64,000 nt of DNA, taken from Blepharisma stoltei ATCC 30299. Lineage: Eukaryota; Protista; Ciliophora. The notes below the pieces were generated by a model. That model made no database searches, was not told where the DNA came from, and saw nothing but the letters and a program-made list of their open reading frames with translations. A program made the position numbers and the translations under genes. Numbering within the stretch: position 1 is the stretch's first letter; each line of letters starts with the position of its first letter. The stretch covers positions 310,001 through 374,000 of the forward strand of contig CBFDEM010000014.1 in the NCBI GenBank assembly GCA_965603825.1. Direction: 5' to 3'. Of the stretch, positions 23,301-36,657 are shown one piece after another.

Positions 23301-24989
23301 CAGCGCCAAGTGTATACTGTTGCAAAGTATAAGCCTTTAAACTTTGCTGGAATTGGAGGAATTGTAGGCGAATTGATGAATGTAAGAGAGCTTGATAATT
23401 TGGTATATGACAACATACGAAGTGGTGATTGACTTATTGACTATTTTATTACAAGAACAAAAAGCTATCCACTTCCAGAAAAACTCGCAAACTTTCTGTG
23501 TGGAGGCTATGACTATATTAAAAAGCTTCCACACTCAATAAAGCCTCAGCATTTGATGAAATTCTCAAAGCTTCTATTTAGAAACGTGAAACTTCATACT
23601 TTGAAATCAATTTTAAATAGAAGCCCTCTAAGCTTTGAAAAGGATAGTTTGCTTGAAAAACTCTGCCTATCAATTTCTCAGTTCTGGGGATCAATTTCAA
23701 ATGACCCTCATAAATGTACTTTGGCTGCAGGTCTCCCGTTTTTAGCTTCAGAAGACAACAGAATCTTCGGAAGAGACACTTTAATCGCCCTAAAAGGACT
23801 ATTTTTATGCACATCCATGTATAAGCAAGCAAAAGACATTCTGCTTTATTTTGCATCTCTAGTGAAGAATGGGCTGATTCCAAACATTGCTAATCAGTCA
23901 AGAACGAGATATAACTCAAGAGACACAACTTGACTATTTTTGCAAAGAATTATTGATTATATAAGCATCGTTCCTGATGGAAAAACAATTCTTAATGAAG
24001 AAGTCCAATTAAAATATCCTTCAGCAAGCCAAACCCAAAAAATCCAAGAAATCATCCAATACATTTTACAAGCCCACGCATCTGGCATGTTTTTCATAGA
24101 AGAAGGGGCAGGACCTGAGCTTGATAGCCGAATGAAAGATGAAGGGTTTAACATTGAAATTAATTTAGACCCAAATACAGGCTTTATCTATGGAGGAAAT
24201 CGATGGAACTGTGGAACTTGGATGGACATTTTAGGGTCTTCAGATAAAGCTGATAATCGATTTACCCCTGCTTCTCCTCGTGATGGAGCTCCTATTGAAT
24301 TGACTGCTCTTCTTTATTCAGTCATTTCCTCACTGCTAAAATTAAATGAGCAGGGGATTTACCCGTACTCTGAAGTAAAGCTTTCTAAAGGAAAATCCTT
24401 AACTTTTGCAATATGGAAGAGAAATATTGAATATTCCTTTGAAAACTTTTATTACTCAAATGGCTTCTATAAGGACACTGTAAAAAGCCAAGTCCCTGAG
24501 CTTGAGACTCAAATTCGACCAAATGTGTGCATTGCGATGGCTTTTGCTCCAGAGCTATTTAATAAAGATCATGCTATTGAAGCTTTGGGCCAAATTGAAA
24601 CAGATTTACTACCTCTGCTAGGGAAAGGACAGCTTGGAATTAAGACTCTTAATGAAAGCGACCCGAGATATGCGCATTTTGTCGATTTTCATAATGATTC
24701 AAATGAATTTAACATTGCCCATGGATTTAGTCTGCATAATGGGCCAGAGTGGTTGTGGCCATTTGGGTATTACTTGATAGCAGCTAAAACATTCAACTGC
24801 AAAACCCCACTAGAAATAATACAAAGCTTAAAAGACCATAGAGATTATATAGAAAAATCCACATGGATGTCACTGCCAGCTTTTACAAATGATAGAGGGC
24901 ATCATTGTGCGTTTTCATGTGACGCCCAAGCTTCAAGTGTAGGGACTCTACTTGAAGTTTTCTATGAAATCAGAGAGCAGACTAATTAG
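20310..24989 (+). CDS. AGL: Glycogen debranching enzyme (AGL/GDB1-like), 1559 aa, with an inserted CBM48-like domain
   Basis: QSLLSRCLGP, DIVLNH, WGDCVKLRYG, RLDNAHGTP, GELFTG, DCTHDNETP, GRDTLI, NCGTWMD, PRDGAPIE, GPEWLW. Seven ORFs in one frame via TGA=Trp. Confidence 0.93.
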
Positions 24990-25011
24990 AATAATTCTTT
25001 TAACTCTTAAT

Positions 25012-27117
25012 ATGAAAATATTGCAGGCGGCTCAAGCTGTTATTCTAGCTATCCTCCTTTTTGCAAGTTATATTTCAGTATCAAAAATCTTTTTCCATTC
25101 TCAACGCACTCATATTGAAGAAAAAGCACATCTATTACCAACAGATTTTACAGTATTTTCCACTTCGCTTTCGAATGATGAATACAAAAAGCAATTCGTT
25201 CCTCATAATTTTTCAATAGATGACACAGATCTTATGAAAAGCATGACATCTCTAATTCCTGCCATTCCATCTTCGTTTGGATATACAGAAAAAGAGGCTA
25301 ATAGTTTATTTCCTGCTTACCAATATCCAAGATGTGAAGATATTTATAATGATACAAATTATAAACTTAACTTCAACACAATTGGAAATTCATTTAGTCT
25401 TGAATGTGAAGAAGGGACATATATTCTGGGACCGCCTTTTTACAACTACTTTACAAATCCAAAATATTCACAGCCATATTGAGAGATTCAGCAATACCAA
25501 AATTTCACACGGCCACTGTGAAATAACCATGAGTTTGCAATGGCAACTTGTAAGAAAAACTCAACTGATTTTGATATGTTTGCAATGAAACCTAAATTAA
25601 ATTTGGCAGCTTATATAGAAACAAAGCAAAAAATCGATGATTTGCAGACAGCATCAGGCACAAATAAAAAACCTATTTTAATAGCTATGCTGACGCTAGA
25701 CAGCTTTTCTAGGAGACATTTCTTCAGAAAACTGCCAAAAACAGTTGAATTGCTGAATAGATATGAAAACTCTAAGGATTGGAAAGTATTTGACTTTAAA
25801 TTCCATAATATAATAGGGGCAAGAACTTCTGATAATCAAGCAAACTATTGAGGCCTAGGGAAAAAAATCAAAGAAAATTCCAGTTTGAGTAGATTTGGAA
25901 AGCATGCAATATGAAGAAAGCTAAAAGAGCTAGGATTTATGACACTCTTCGGCTATGAAGGGTGCCCATATGGTTTAGTAAGTTCAATTGGCAGTCAGCC
26001 AGACGCAGACAGTGTTGTGCAGCCTTTTTACTGCGCAGCTCACAAGTTTACAAATTATTCTTCTCACAAAGGACATAAAAATTCCCAGAGATGCATTGGC
26101 CCCCACATGTCTCACTGATATTTAATGGACTATTCCATCAATTTTGCCCATATTTATTTGCGGGCCAATTTATGAATTTACAATCATTTCACAGCTGCTC
26201 ACGAGAGCACTGGACAGCATGCAAGCACATTAGATGAAGACTTAAGAAATTATATTCGAAATTTAACAGAAATTTTTAGCGAAAGCCATGAAGTCGTGAT
26301 TTTATTAGCAGGAGATCATGGGATGAGATATATTAATTACAAAAGTAATACAAATGCTACCCAAGAGCATAGACTTCCAGCCTTTTTCTTTATGTCGAGC
26401 AGAAAATATTTGGATTCAATTGAGAATTCATATGCTATATTGGAGCATAACACTTTTAGATTAACAACAAAACCTGATTTGAGAAGTTTAACGATTAAAC
26501 TGGCAGAGCTTCAATATAATTTAGAAAGCAAGCGCAGTCAAAATTATTATAATTTAATCACTGAAGAAATCCCAAATACAAGAACATGCAAAGATGCAAA
26601 AATTTCTCCATGATACTGCGGAAGCAACGTTATGAAACAGCTTGATTTAGCACAAGAAATAGATGAAGGATGAAATAAACTAATTCTTAGAGTAGTAACT
26701 GAGGCTTTGGATGAAATAAATTTGAGCACTTATGCCTCAAATAGCCACAGAAAAGGACTCTTATGCAAAAAGCTTTCTTTAGATAAACTGAAGTACGTGA
26801 TTTATAGCAGAACTTTAAATGCGAATTTGCTGATGAAAGTACAATTTACAGTAATCGAAAGTGAGGGGGTTACTTTTGAGTTTTGGGCTTATATATCAGA
26901 AGATGATGATTTATCAATAGAAGAAGGTAAAGGCTTAAAAACTTTTCCTGTAATTGAAAGCGGGGTAAAAAAATTCGCAAAGGTAAAATCAATTTAGATC
27001 ATAAATATATATCGAGCTGATTCTTATGAAGGGAAGTGCGAAGATACCTCAATAAGCATGGAATATAACCCAGAATTATGTGTTTGTGATGAAAATGTCA
27101 TTGAGAATTTGGCATAG
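25012..27117 (+). CDS. DUF229-type alkaline phosphatase/sulfatase superfamily type II membrane protein, one intron
   Basis: N-terminal TM; LDSFSRRHFFRKLPKT, GDHGMRY, EHRLP, NTFRLTT, IPNTRTCKDAKI..YC; intron 26983-26997; TAG at 27115-27117. Confidence 0.82.
26983..26997 (+). other. 15-nt intron GTAAAATCAATTTAG
   Basis: Consensus match with A10; removes an in-frame TAG. Confidence 0.85.
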
Positions 27118-27497
27118 ACTTTACAAAGACTTATATTCTAGATTTTGCAATTAAACTATTTAATTTACATAATCAACAATAAGTAAACTCTAAAATGCAG
27201 ATTTTGAAAGATTAAAAATAGCTTTGATGAGGTTTTAAAATATGCAAATCGCGTTTAAGCTTAGAGTATTTCTATAAGATTTTTTATTTAAAAATTGAAT
27301 ATTATAAATTTTAATCTTAAATCCTTTAAGAAAACTTCATTTTTTTACTATGAAATGATTAATTAACCAATGTGTATTTTCCATTTAATATTTCCATCAG
27401 TTAATCAGAAATCTGTTAATATTTCATACCAAAGGAATCATTATTAACCAATTTAAAGATAATTTAAAGAGCAATAGAATATAAAGTAGTTTTATAA

Positions 27498-29780
27498 ATG
27501 ATACAGCACACGAAATCTAACAGGTTTGATGATCAAGGAATTTCCAAGCAAAGCAAATCACTAACTTATATCGTTCTGGAGCATGAAGAGCACGAAAACA
27601 GCCATTTGCCTATAAGCCCCAATCTCTTAACATTTCGTGACAAAGAGCTCAACAGCAAATATTTAAAAACTATCTACTGCCATAGCGATGATAGCCTTTT
27701 AGTGTCTCCAGACTTCAAAAATACTCTTCTATTCTTCTACTTATTCTATACCTTGTATCTGGTCGTAATCCTTACATTTTCCTTGCTCCTGCATTCTGAT
27801 GGAAAATACTCTGATCAGCAATTATTCTACCATATCAGCTGCTGTGCGTGCCTTCTAACTTTTGCCTACATGCTTTTGCTGTCCACCTTGAAAAGTCATT
27901 GAATTCTTATGAGAAATCGGCATTATTATTTTGTGCTAGGTATTGTCACTATTATCTATCTGATAATTGGTGACGACCGGGTCTTGAGTGAAATTCTGGA
28001 TACAGACTATAAGGAGTCAAGGTTTCCTACAATTGCAATTATTTCTTGCTTTATAGTTATGATGAGGAATTTATTAGCAGAATGCTTTTATTACATTACG
28101 CTCCTCAGTATACTTTCGCTGATTTTATTCCTGTCCCTAAATCTAGGCTATTCTTCTTTATCCGTTTATTCGACACTGTTCGAGTTTTCGATTTTATTTG
28201 TTTTTCTCGTTTTGCAAATATTTGAATCACAGCAAACGGATTTCCGAACTCGGCAACTTTTTTGGAGGAAAACCAGAGAAGAAAAAGCATTTGAAAAAAA
28301 GGAAAACGAGCAAGAAAGCAACAGTAAAGTTAAAATAAAAACCGAAATTGAAGTACTTGTTCATATTTGTGATGATATCAAGCAGGACATTAAGTATGCG
28401 CATTCAGTGATCATGTTTAATGACGTAAAAGAAAGGCTGAAAAGGGCTCAGTATGCACTGGAAAGAGTTAAGAAAAGAATTGGCCATGGATCATTTTTAA
28501 TGGAGGTGAAAATTGAGGCGGACTCAAACATAGATGAACAGGATAAAGCGTTTATCAAAGAAAATTTTATGGAAGTGACTCATGAAAGCACGACTGTAAT
28601 AAACCGAGGTGCAAGAAGAACAACTATGTCAGATATTGACGAAAAAGAGCCTCCATTCCCATTTAGCAATTATGGAGTTGCTGAGCTTGAAGGCGTGCTA
28701 TATTCAGTTGGAAAAAATTGGAATTTTGACGTGTGGTTTATATATGATGCAACAGGGCATAGTATCCACATAGTCGCTAAGTATTTATTACAGAAATGAG
28801 GGTTAGGGGAATCCTATAGCATTAGTGAAGAGACTTCAGATAAATTTTTCCAAACAGTGGAAAAAGTAATGTTTATTTAGACTTATCAAAATAACCCTTA
28901 CCACAATGCATGTCATGGAGCTGACGTCCTGCACACTTTATTGTATTTTTATTTCCAAAGTGATTTTTTAAAAAATCTAAATACAATTGATACTCTGGCA
29001 TCAATCGTTGCTGCAACAGGTCACGATGTGGGCCACCCAGGTGTAACGAACAGATTCCTAGTGAACAACCGCCATGAAATAGCTTTGAAATACAATGATA
29101 ACTCAGTTTTAGAAAACATGCATTGTTCTGAAATTTATAGTATTATGGGGAAGCACGGCTGCAATATTTTCGAACATCTGAGCTCAGATGACTGGATAAA
29201 GGCGAGAAAGCTTATAATTGAGATGGTCTTAGAGACTGACATGTCTAGACACTTCGAAATTTTGGGGAGATTCAGGACAAGATGTTTAAATTTCTCTGAT
29301 TTAAATATGGAAGTCCAAGATGACAAAGTTTTGGTGCTATCCATGGGATTAAAATGTGCTGACATCGGACATAGCGCAAAAATTCCAATTTTACACGAAA
29401 AATGGACAAGGCTTGTTTGTGAAGAATTTTTTAAGCAGGGAGACGTGGAGAGATCTCGAAATCAGCCGATTTCGATGTACTGCGATAGAGAGAATGCTGA
29501 TATACCCAAAAGCCAGGCTGGGTTTATAAAGAATATTTGCATTCCGCTGTTTGAAGTATGATGCCAATTTCTTAAATCAGAACTTATAAATAAAACAGTG
29601 CTAGATCAATTAACTCAAAACCAGGCGATGTGGGAAGAAAAAAGCAAAACGAAGCATTCTTCTGTAGTCGGAGTTGGAGGACTGGTAGTGCAATCTCTTA
29701 CGAAAGATTTCTCTGAAGTTATAAGTCTTGGGAAAGTAATGAAATCTGCTGATGATGTAGGAGCGAGGCCAGCAGTTTAA
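27498..29780 (+). CDS. Class I 3',5'-cyclic nucleotide phosphodiesterase with N-terminal TM helices, one intron
   Basis: NPYHNACHGADV, HDVGHPGVTN.FL, LENMH, LETDM..HF, KCADIGH, EEFFKQGD, SQAGFI; about 6 N-terminal TM segments; intron 28866-28880. Confidence 0.93.
28866..28880 (+). other. 15-nt intron GTAATGTTTATTTAG
   Basis: Removal gives VEK|TYQNNPYHN, the PDE motif. Confidence 0.92.
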
Positions 29781-29832
29781 TATATTATATATATTTTTTG
29801 ATAGTTTTCAAGCAATAAAGATAATAATTTTA

Positions 29833-30063
29833 TTATTTTTTCAAGCTTTCGTTATTTTCTTGGTTCAAAGCACTCAACATTTCGCCTTCTTCTTCCAATT
29901 TATTGATATCATGCTCAGGACTTTCTTTTGCTGGCTCATACTGCTTCCACGCGATTCCTCCACATACAATTGCATTAAAAAGAAGGAAAATCCTAACGTA
30001 TTTGATTTGATTACTTCTACCATCTTCACCTATCTGTGCTATATTGAACTTCGGCCATTTCAT
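29833..30063 (-). CDS. Small single-TM hypothetical protein (76 aa)
   Basis: ATG in AAAATG context, one hydrophobic segment, acidic tail, TAA stop. Confidence 0.6.
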   Translation of the reverse strand: MKWPKFNIAQIGEDGRSNQIKYVRIFLLFNAIVCGGIAWKQYEPAKESPEHDINKLEEEGEMLSALNQENNESLKK

Positions 30064-30105
30064 TTTTATCAATACATAGGTTTACATTACTTATTAAATA
30101 GATAC

Positions 30106-30966
30106 CTAAAGCCAATTAGAAAAAAGAGTGTCATTGATGATGAGTCCTGATTTTGGGACGCTCAAATGCCTTATGTCATCTAAAGAAAAGCCTTCGTCTT
30201 TATTCTTTCTTCTGACATGAAAGCTTCTGCTTAAAAAATCTTTTCTTTTTCCTTTGTCTGTTTTTTCAAGCTCAATTTCAGGCTTTAAGTCCCTTAATTT
30301 CTTTAAAAAATAAGGTTCTTGTCTTAGCACTCTTTCTGTCTCCTTTAAATTTTTCAGTAAATTGCTCATTTCTTTGGGTTTTTGAGGTAATAAATACTCG
30401 ACTTGGCGTTTTCTGTCGCGAATTCTCTTTTTAAGAGATTCATCCATACTTGAATAGGCTGACTATGGCTTACGTATTGCTGCTTGAGGTAGAGGATCTG
30501 CAAATGGAAAGGGCAATTGCAGATTTCTGAACCGTTTTAAGCATCTTATTACTTCTAAGTGGCTTGCTTTAACTGTAGATAAATCTTTTTCCTCAGTTTT
30601 AGGCCGTTTCCTCACAGGTGACTTTTTAGAAGAAACAAAAGTTTGTTTGGTGTTTTCTTTTGCTGGAGGAGAAGCATTCTGTAATTGAGTTTGAAATGTT
30701 TTGGCTTGGTTAGGGGAATCTGGAGACTTTGAGAGGGGGACGAATTTTTCTGCAGTCACCACCAAGTCGTCAAGCTCATCTTCTTTGAATGTTAGAACTC
30801 TTTGAAGTGGGAATACTCTTTGCAATGCCTTTAATTTAGATGGGGCATCTCTGCTGCTTTCAGGAGTGTCTAAAGTTGTACTTAGACTTGCCTTGCGAAA
30901 GGATTGGCTGAGAACATCAGTGTGTCTACGAGGACTTTGACGATATTCTTCTATTTTAGAAGTCAT
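30106..30966 (-). CDS. Hypothetical basic protein, one intron
   Basis: ORFs 30463-30966 and 30106-30447 join through intron 30459-30473. Confidence 0.75.
30459..30473 (-). other. 15-nt intron GTAAGCCATAGTCAG
   Basis: GTAA...A10...CAG; removes an in-frame TAG. Confidence 0.8.
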
Positions 30967-31067
30967 ATTTAATAATGTGTTTCTCTATCCTTTAAGTGAT
31001 TTCTTGTCTTTGTGTTTTCTTTGCAATATAAAATAAATCTCTTAACTAATTTTTTCTAATGTAAATT

Positions 31068-31565
31068 ATGGTTCAATTGAGGATTACTCAAGCTCTCAAA
31101 GATTTTTTGACAGCAAATAAGAAGCATATAAGTGGTGATATTGTAAACTACTCAGAAATTAGAGAAATCTTAATTGGAAACAACGAAAAAATTGCTGAGC
31201 TCTTAAAAGGCTGCAGCTTTGTATTTGAAAAAGATCCTGAACCCAAAAGATCAGATTTCATTAAGAAGCTCGAAGAAAAGCGGAAAGAAAGAGAATACCA
31301 GCAGATGGTTGGAAACGTATATAAAAAGCCCTTAACAGGAACTGCCAAAGAATACAAAGAAAGCTTGAGCTTCGGCATGTCATTTATATCAGTGCTCTTT
31401 CTAGGAATGCTCTCTGGATATTATCTTGGGAAATATTATTTAGAGTACGATTTTCAAGGAAGCATGATTGTCGGGCTAATCGTGACTGTCATCAGTCTTT
31501 ATGCAGAAATCTTGCTCTACGTGCTTAAATCGAAAAAAGATGATAAAAAGGTCAAGACCGAATAA
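31068..31565 (+). CDS. V-ATPase ER assembly factor Vma12/TMEM199-like
   Basis: ELLKG.....KLEEKRKEREYQQMVGNV followed by two TM helices and a C-terminal KxKxx (KVKTE). Confidence 0.7.
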   Translation: MVQLRITQALKDFLTANKKHISGDIVNYSEIREILIGNNEKIAELLKGCSFVFEKDPEPKRSDFIKKLEEKRKEREYQQMVGNVYKKPLTGTAKEYKESLSFGMSFISVLFLGMLSGYYLGKYYLEYDFQGSMIVGLIVTVISLYAEILLYVLKSKKDDKKVKTE

Positions 31566-31590
31566 TTTGATTAGTTAAACACATTATTTC

Positions 31591-32523
31591 TTATAAGTAT
31601 GATTTCTCTTTTTCTGAGTAATCTTCGAAATAGTGGTTCATCACCTCATTTGTAGTATGTACAATGCCTGAGGCTATTGGAGACTTGACGATATTCATGG
31701 AGAACCCTTTGAAAAGTCCTCGAAGTCCTTCTCCCCTGACTATCATTTTCCAATAGCTCAGCATGCTTTTAAGCTCTTCTTCATTGTGTGTAGCTCTAAA
31801 GCTTGAGACTTTTTCTATAAAGCCATGAGCTTGCATACGCTTTCTGACAACATCAAATGGATATGCAGAAAGCTGGCCAATTATTCCTGCAGCAGCTCCA
31901 AACAGAAAATGCTCCAAATTCCCACTGTGGCCGATTACTTCTTTGGAAGTAAAATACAACGAAAACGAAACCCCGCTGTATATGGCAATTCCACAAATGG
32001 TAGGGTAAAACCCGTTGAAAAGACCTTTCATGCCTTCAGCCTTGCCAATAGTCCAAAAAGCATGCGAGACTCCTTTGTAAACTTGTGAAGTCGTTTGGAT
32101 GGCAAGGCGAGTTCTTGTGACTTCAAAAGGATAAGTCATTAAAACTGCAGTTGCGCCTGCCAAAGCACCTGGCATGAAATTAAAGAGCATTAATTTTGTT
32201 TTTGAGAAGCTTCTGTCAGATTCAAAAATTTGTTTTTTGTAGTAGTCATATGTTGTGAATTGCTAATTAGAAATTACTATTGCGGAATAAGGAATTATTC
32301 GAAGCATCATCGCATAATTTCCTTTCCAAAAAGCTCTAATGCCTTCCTCTCTGGAAATTCTAATCATTTCAAGCAAGGCATTATTGACAGTAAATCTTCG
32401 TGTAGTAGCTTGGAATAACACTTTGACACGATCTAGTGGAGCTATAACACATTTAGCTACCGCTCCAGCAGCACCGCCAGATATGAACTTGTTCATTTCC
32501 TCTTTTGTGAAAAGGGCCTCCAT
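31591..32523 (-). CDS. Mitochondrial carrier (SLC25A42/LEU5-like, CoA carrier group), one intron
   Basis: Three Px(D/E)xx(K/R) motifs (APLDRVK, YPFEVTR, YPFDVVRKRMQ); WKGN...LRIIPYSAI|QF restored by intron 32263-32277. Confidence 0.9.
32263..32277 (-). other. 15-nt intron GTAATTTCTAATTAG
   Basis: Removal restores the conserved YSAIQF. Confidence 0.92.
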
Positions 32524-33001
32524 AGATTTTATATATTATATTCAAAATCTGTTAAGAATTTTTTATCAATTCTTTTCAAAATTCAAAAAAAAATTATTAG
32601 AGTGTGAAAGCATGCTATGGATAGCTTGAAGGCTCTTACTGTAGAATGAGTTAATTAATTATTAAAAATGGGAAAAAGATTTAATCACACATTATCAAAT
32701 TAATAATCTTTTTTTTTTCCATCAGCTTCTAATGTACAAATTCGATTTATTGTCGCCATTAATGAAGGATAAAAGCTTGGGGAATTTAATCAGAATTTAA
32801 TTCAAATATAAAAATGAATATTCTGCAAAATTGAATATCTTTTTGCTAGAATTAGATTAAATCTATAGAAGTCAAATATAATTTGCAATTTTATGTAGCA
32901 TAAACCATTATTTTTACTTATTTTTTAAATTCTTTTTCTTAAAATTTCCATTTGTCTATTAAACATTGCAAAAATTGCGAGTGCTTATAATTTTCTGATA
33001 A

Positions 33002-34483
33002 ATGGTGAAACGAGTAGGAAACTACATTCTTGAGTCCAGGCTTGGCGAAGGAAATTACGGTGTCGTCTACATCGGAAAACAAGTTGAAAGCAATCAAGCC
33101 ATCGCAGTAAAAGTGATCCCAGTAAAAAATCTGAACGAAAAGCTTTATAAGCAAATAGAACTCGAAATAAAAGCTCTTCGGAAAGCTGACAGTCCTTACG
33201 TCGTCAAACTCTATGACGTCCTCAGAACGCAAAACAACATATACTTGATGATGGAATATTGTGGAGGAGGCGATCTTGAAAAATATGTCAAAGACTTTCA
33301 AAAGGTTAAAGAACCTCTTGCGAAAAAGTGAATCAGCCAAATAATAGAAGCATTCATAAACCTGCAGTGCAACAATATCATGCACAGAGACTTAAAATTG
33401 GCAAATATTTTATTAACTACCAAATCAGACGATGCTAGCATCCGAGTGGCTGATTTTGGCTTTGCAAAAATCCTTCAGAACGATTTAGCGACAACTCAGC
33501 TTGGAACTCCGATTTTTATGGCCCCAGAAATTTTTAATGATGACCATTATAGCTATAAAGCTGATGTCTGAAGCTTAGGCGTCCTTTCTTATGAAATTTT
33601 AACTGGAATTTCTGCTTTTAACTGTAGAAGTATTGCTCAGCTTCAAAGAATGCAGAGGGAAGAAGTGAAATTTCCTGCTAACTGTGAGCTTTCTCAAGAA
33701 GTCAAAGATTTTATAAAAATAATGCTGACTTATGACCATGAAAGGAGGCCATCTTTTCAGCAACTAAAAGAAATGCCTTATATTCAATCTTTGTACCCGC
33801 CGAAAATTGAAGCACTTTTGCCAAGATTACCTGCTGCTCCTATTCATGAAGAAGATAAAAAAGAAGAGGACATAACAATAGAAGAATATGAAATTTTGAG
33901 AGAAATCAGTGAAGATGAGTTTGAGCCAGACCAGCTGGAAGCTGAAGAAAATAAGGTAAATGAGGAACAAGATAAACCTGAAGTTAAAATTGAACCAAAT
34001 TATTGGGAATTAGCCACCAAAACGAGAGATTTAGACTGCATTCTAAATGAAACTGAAGGATTTATTGCTTTACAGAATCAGTATAAAGATACTAATGAGA
34101 GTATTGCAAAAGAAATAGAAAAATATTGTAAGAAAAGGTATGAATCGCTATTGGAAGAATCGAAAAAAATGATAAGAGTTTATAATTTGACTGATTCAGA
34201 TTATTTTTTTAATGAAATTTATGGGAAAATTAATACAAATTTGAAAGAAATAAACAAGCATAGAATATCAGGGAGAAATCCCAAAAATTCAAGCGCACTT
34301 TATGAAGAGGCAAAAGGAATAATGGATAATGAGCCAGGCCATAACCAAGTAAAGCAAGCATTATTACTACTTACTGTGGCTTTAGATTTAGATCCGAACA
34401 ATAATTTAATTCAGCAATGCTATAATGATGCACTGAGTGACTACCAAAAAGCAAGCCTTCATCCAATATCTAAATATAAATAA
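33002..34483 (+). CDS. Ser/Thr protein kinase, ULK/Atg1-like
   Basis: GEGNYG, AVK, MEYCGGGDL, HRDLKLANILL, DFG, GTPIFMAPE, KADV-W(TGA)-SLG. Confidence 0.9.
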
Positions 34484-34504
34484 TTTGTTTAATTATCATA
34501 ATAA

Positions 34505-35119
34505 TTATTCCTCCTTTTCTTTTTCAGGCTTTTGGCATTGCTTGATACAAAAAACTATCGGAAAAACCAAAATGATTGCCATCATTGCCCCTAAGATTTT
34601 TAAAACCTTTGGGTTGCCTTCATGGATTTGCTTTGCTGCATTTAGTATCAAGCTTGCAAAAGTTGCAGGCGGAGGAATTTTTATTCTTGTGTGATTCAAA
34701 TAAGTTTTCTTTTTAATGAGATCTTGCACACCATTAGCATCAATTGGCCCAGTATAATTATAATAAAATCCTTTATTAATATAGATTGCTTTTGGGTATA
34801 TATAAAGATCAAGCCTCATGAAATTTCTTGTGTAATTTTTTCGTAAATCTACAGTCCCTATATTATCCATATAATTTTCTTGGTGCAAAGCATGAGCGCT
34901 TCTCTTCCAAGTGTTGATGAGGTTTTGTGCAGTTTTTATTCCTGAATCATAAAATAAAATGAGTCAATTATCTGCATGAGTGTCTAAAAGATGAGAAAGC
35001 TCTTTGTCAGTCAGGCTGATTAGAGGTAATTCTGTTTTATTTTGTATTTTCATTGTAATAGACTCTTCATGGCTCATTTGAGAAAATACGGTTGCTAATA
35101 AGCATATAAAAAATATCAT
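34505..35119 (-). CDS. Thioredoxin-like type I membrane protein lacking CxxC (TMX-like)
   Basis: Signal peptide; N-W(TGA)-LILFY....; IGTVD; YPKAIY; YNYTGP; TM helix; C-terminal KEKEE. Confidence 0.65.
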
Positions 35120-35224
35120 TTTTATTAGTATGATTTTATAATTTGAGAGACAATTAATTTAAAATGAAATTTTGGTACCTCATATTGTAAATATATTTAA
35201 ACCTGTGTCTAAATATCCCAAAAG

Positions 35225-36310
35225 TTAAACAATTGGCTGTCCTTCTTCCTCTCTTATTGTGAATTCATTGTCAAAAACACATTTGGACTCTGAAGGACTA
35301 CAGGAATATGAAAACCCGTCATAAGTTGGACTGGAGTTTCTTGGTGATAATGAATTAGGTGATGCAGCGCTTATAGCTGAGCTAGTGAATTCTTCACTGA
35401 AATATCGACTATTGGCAGGGTCAGAAATATTAGGAACAAAAGAAGGCATGACTCTTTTTGCTCCTAAAGCGGCCCAGTCAACATCAAAGAACCAAATGTT
35501 TGTTTTAATTTCTTCAGCCCCTCTAGCCCCTAGTCTTCGATTCGGATCTTTATGAAGCAAGCTAGTCAACAAATTCTTTACTGGAAGTGACAAAAAATCA
35601 GGCAAAAGTGGCTCCTCTGAAAGGATTTTCATGTATACATACTTTTTGTTCTCATGATAAAATGGAGGCAGCCCAATCAACATTTCATATATTATGCATC
35701 CAAGTGACCACCAATCAACAGCTTTTCCATACCCTTGCTTAATTATCACTTCTGGTGCCAAATACTCAGCAGTTCCGCAGAAGCTTCTTGCAGATCTTCC
35801 ATCAGTACAATTTTCTTTTGACAAGCCGAAATCAGTGATTTTAGGGAACCCATCTTCATCAATTAAAACGTTTTCCGGCTTCAAGCTACATAAGAATTAC
35901 TCTCTATAAATGATATTTTTGCTGTGTAAATGTTCAATCGCAAGGACAAGACAAGCACTATAAAATTTAACTCTTTGCTCATCAAAACGACGAGCTCGGT
36001 TAAGATGGAAAAACAATTCACCACCCGAACAATATTCAAGGATTAAATAAAGCCTTTCGTTACTTTGAAAAGCGTAGAAGAATTTTACAATATACGGATG
36101 GTCGACACTTGCAAGAATTTTTCGTTCTGTTCTTGTATGCTCGATTTGTCTGCATTCTGCGATATATTTTTTTTTTAGAATCTTCATTGCAAATAATTCG
36201 CCTGTTATTATTTTCTTGACTAAAAGGACTTTTCCATATCGGCCTTTTCCAATTACTTTTAAGAGTTCGAAGTCGTTGACTGAGCAATTTCTTTGTGTTT
36301 CAAATTCCAT
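35225..36310 (-). CDS. AGC family Ser/Thr kinase (Akt/S6K/SGK-like), one intron
   Basis: DFELLKVIGKGRYGKV, YRD|LKPEN restored by the intron, DFG, SFCGTAEYLAPE, DWWSLG, AGC C-tail with YDGFSY hydrophobic motif. Confidence 0.93.
35886..35900 (-). other. 15-nt intron GTAATTCTTATGTAG
   Basis: Splits the catalytic Asp codon (GA|C) of YRDLKPEN. Confidence 0.95.
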
Positions 36311-36657
36311 TTTAATTAGAAAATACTGGCTAAAGATAAATTTTTTATAACTTTGTTTATTTAAAAAATTAAGGAGATAAGATAGGGATATTTTGGGAAC
36401 AAAGTGCAAATTATATATACTTTTTATAAAAAAATTAGCTTGATGAATTAAGTAGAAAATTTATTTGAAAGCTAATTATTATGAAAAAACAATAATTGGG
36501 TTAAGTTTATATAATAGCTAAATTCAAATTTCTTTATGGTTCAAAATTTTATTAATGAAACAGGTATATCTAATTTTAAATTCTTTGTACTCTTAAAAGC
36601 ATTACTTATAGCACTATCAATACATAACAATTAATTTTTATAATATGGAATAATTAC

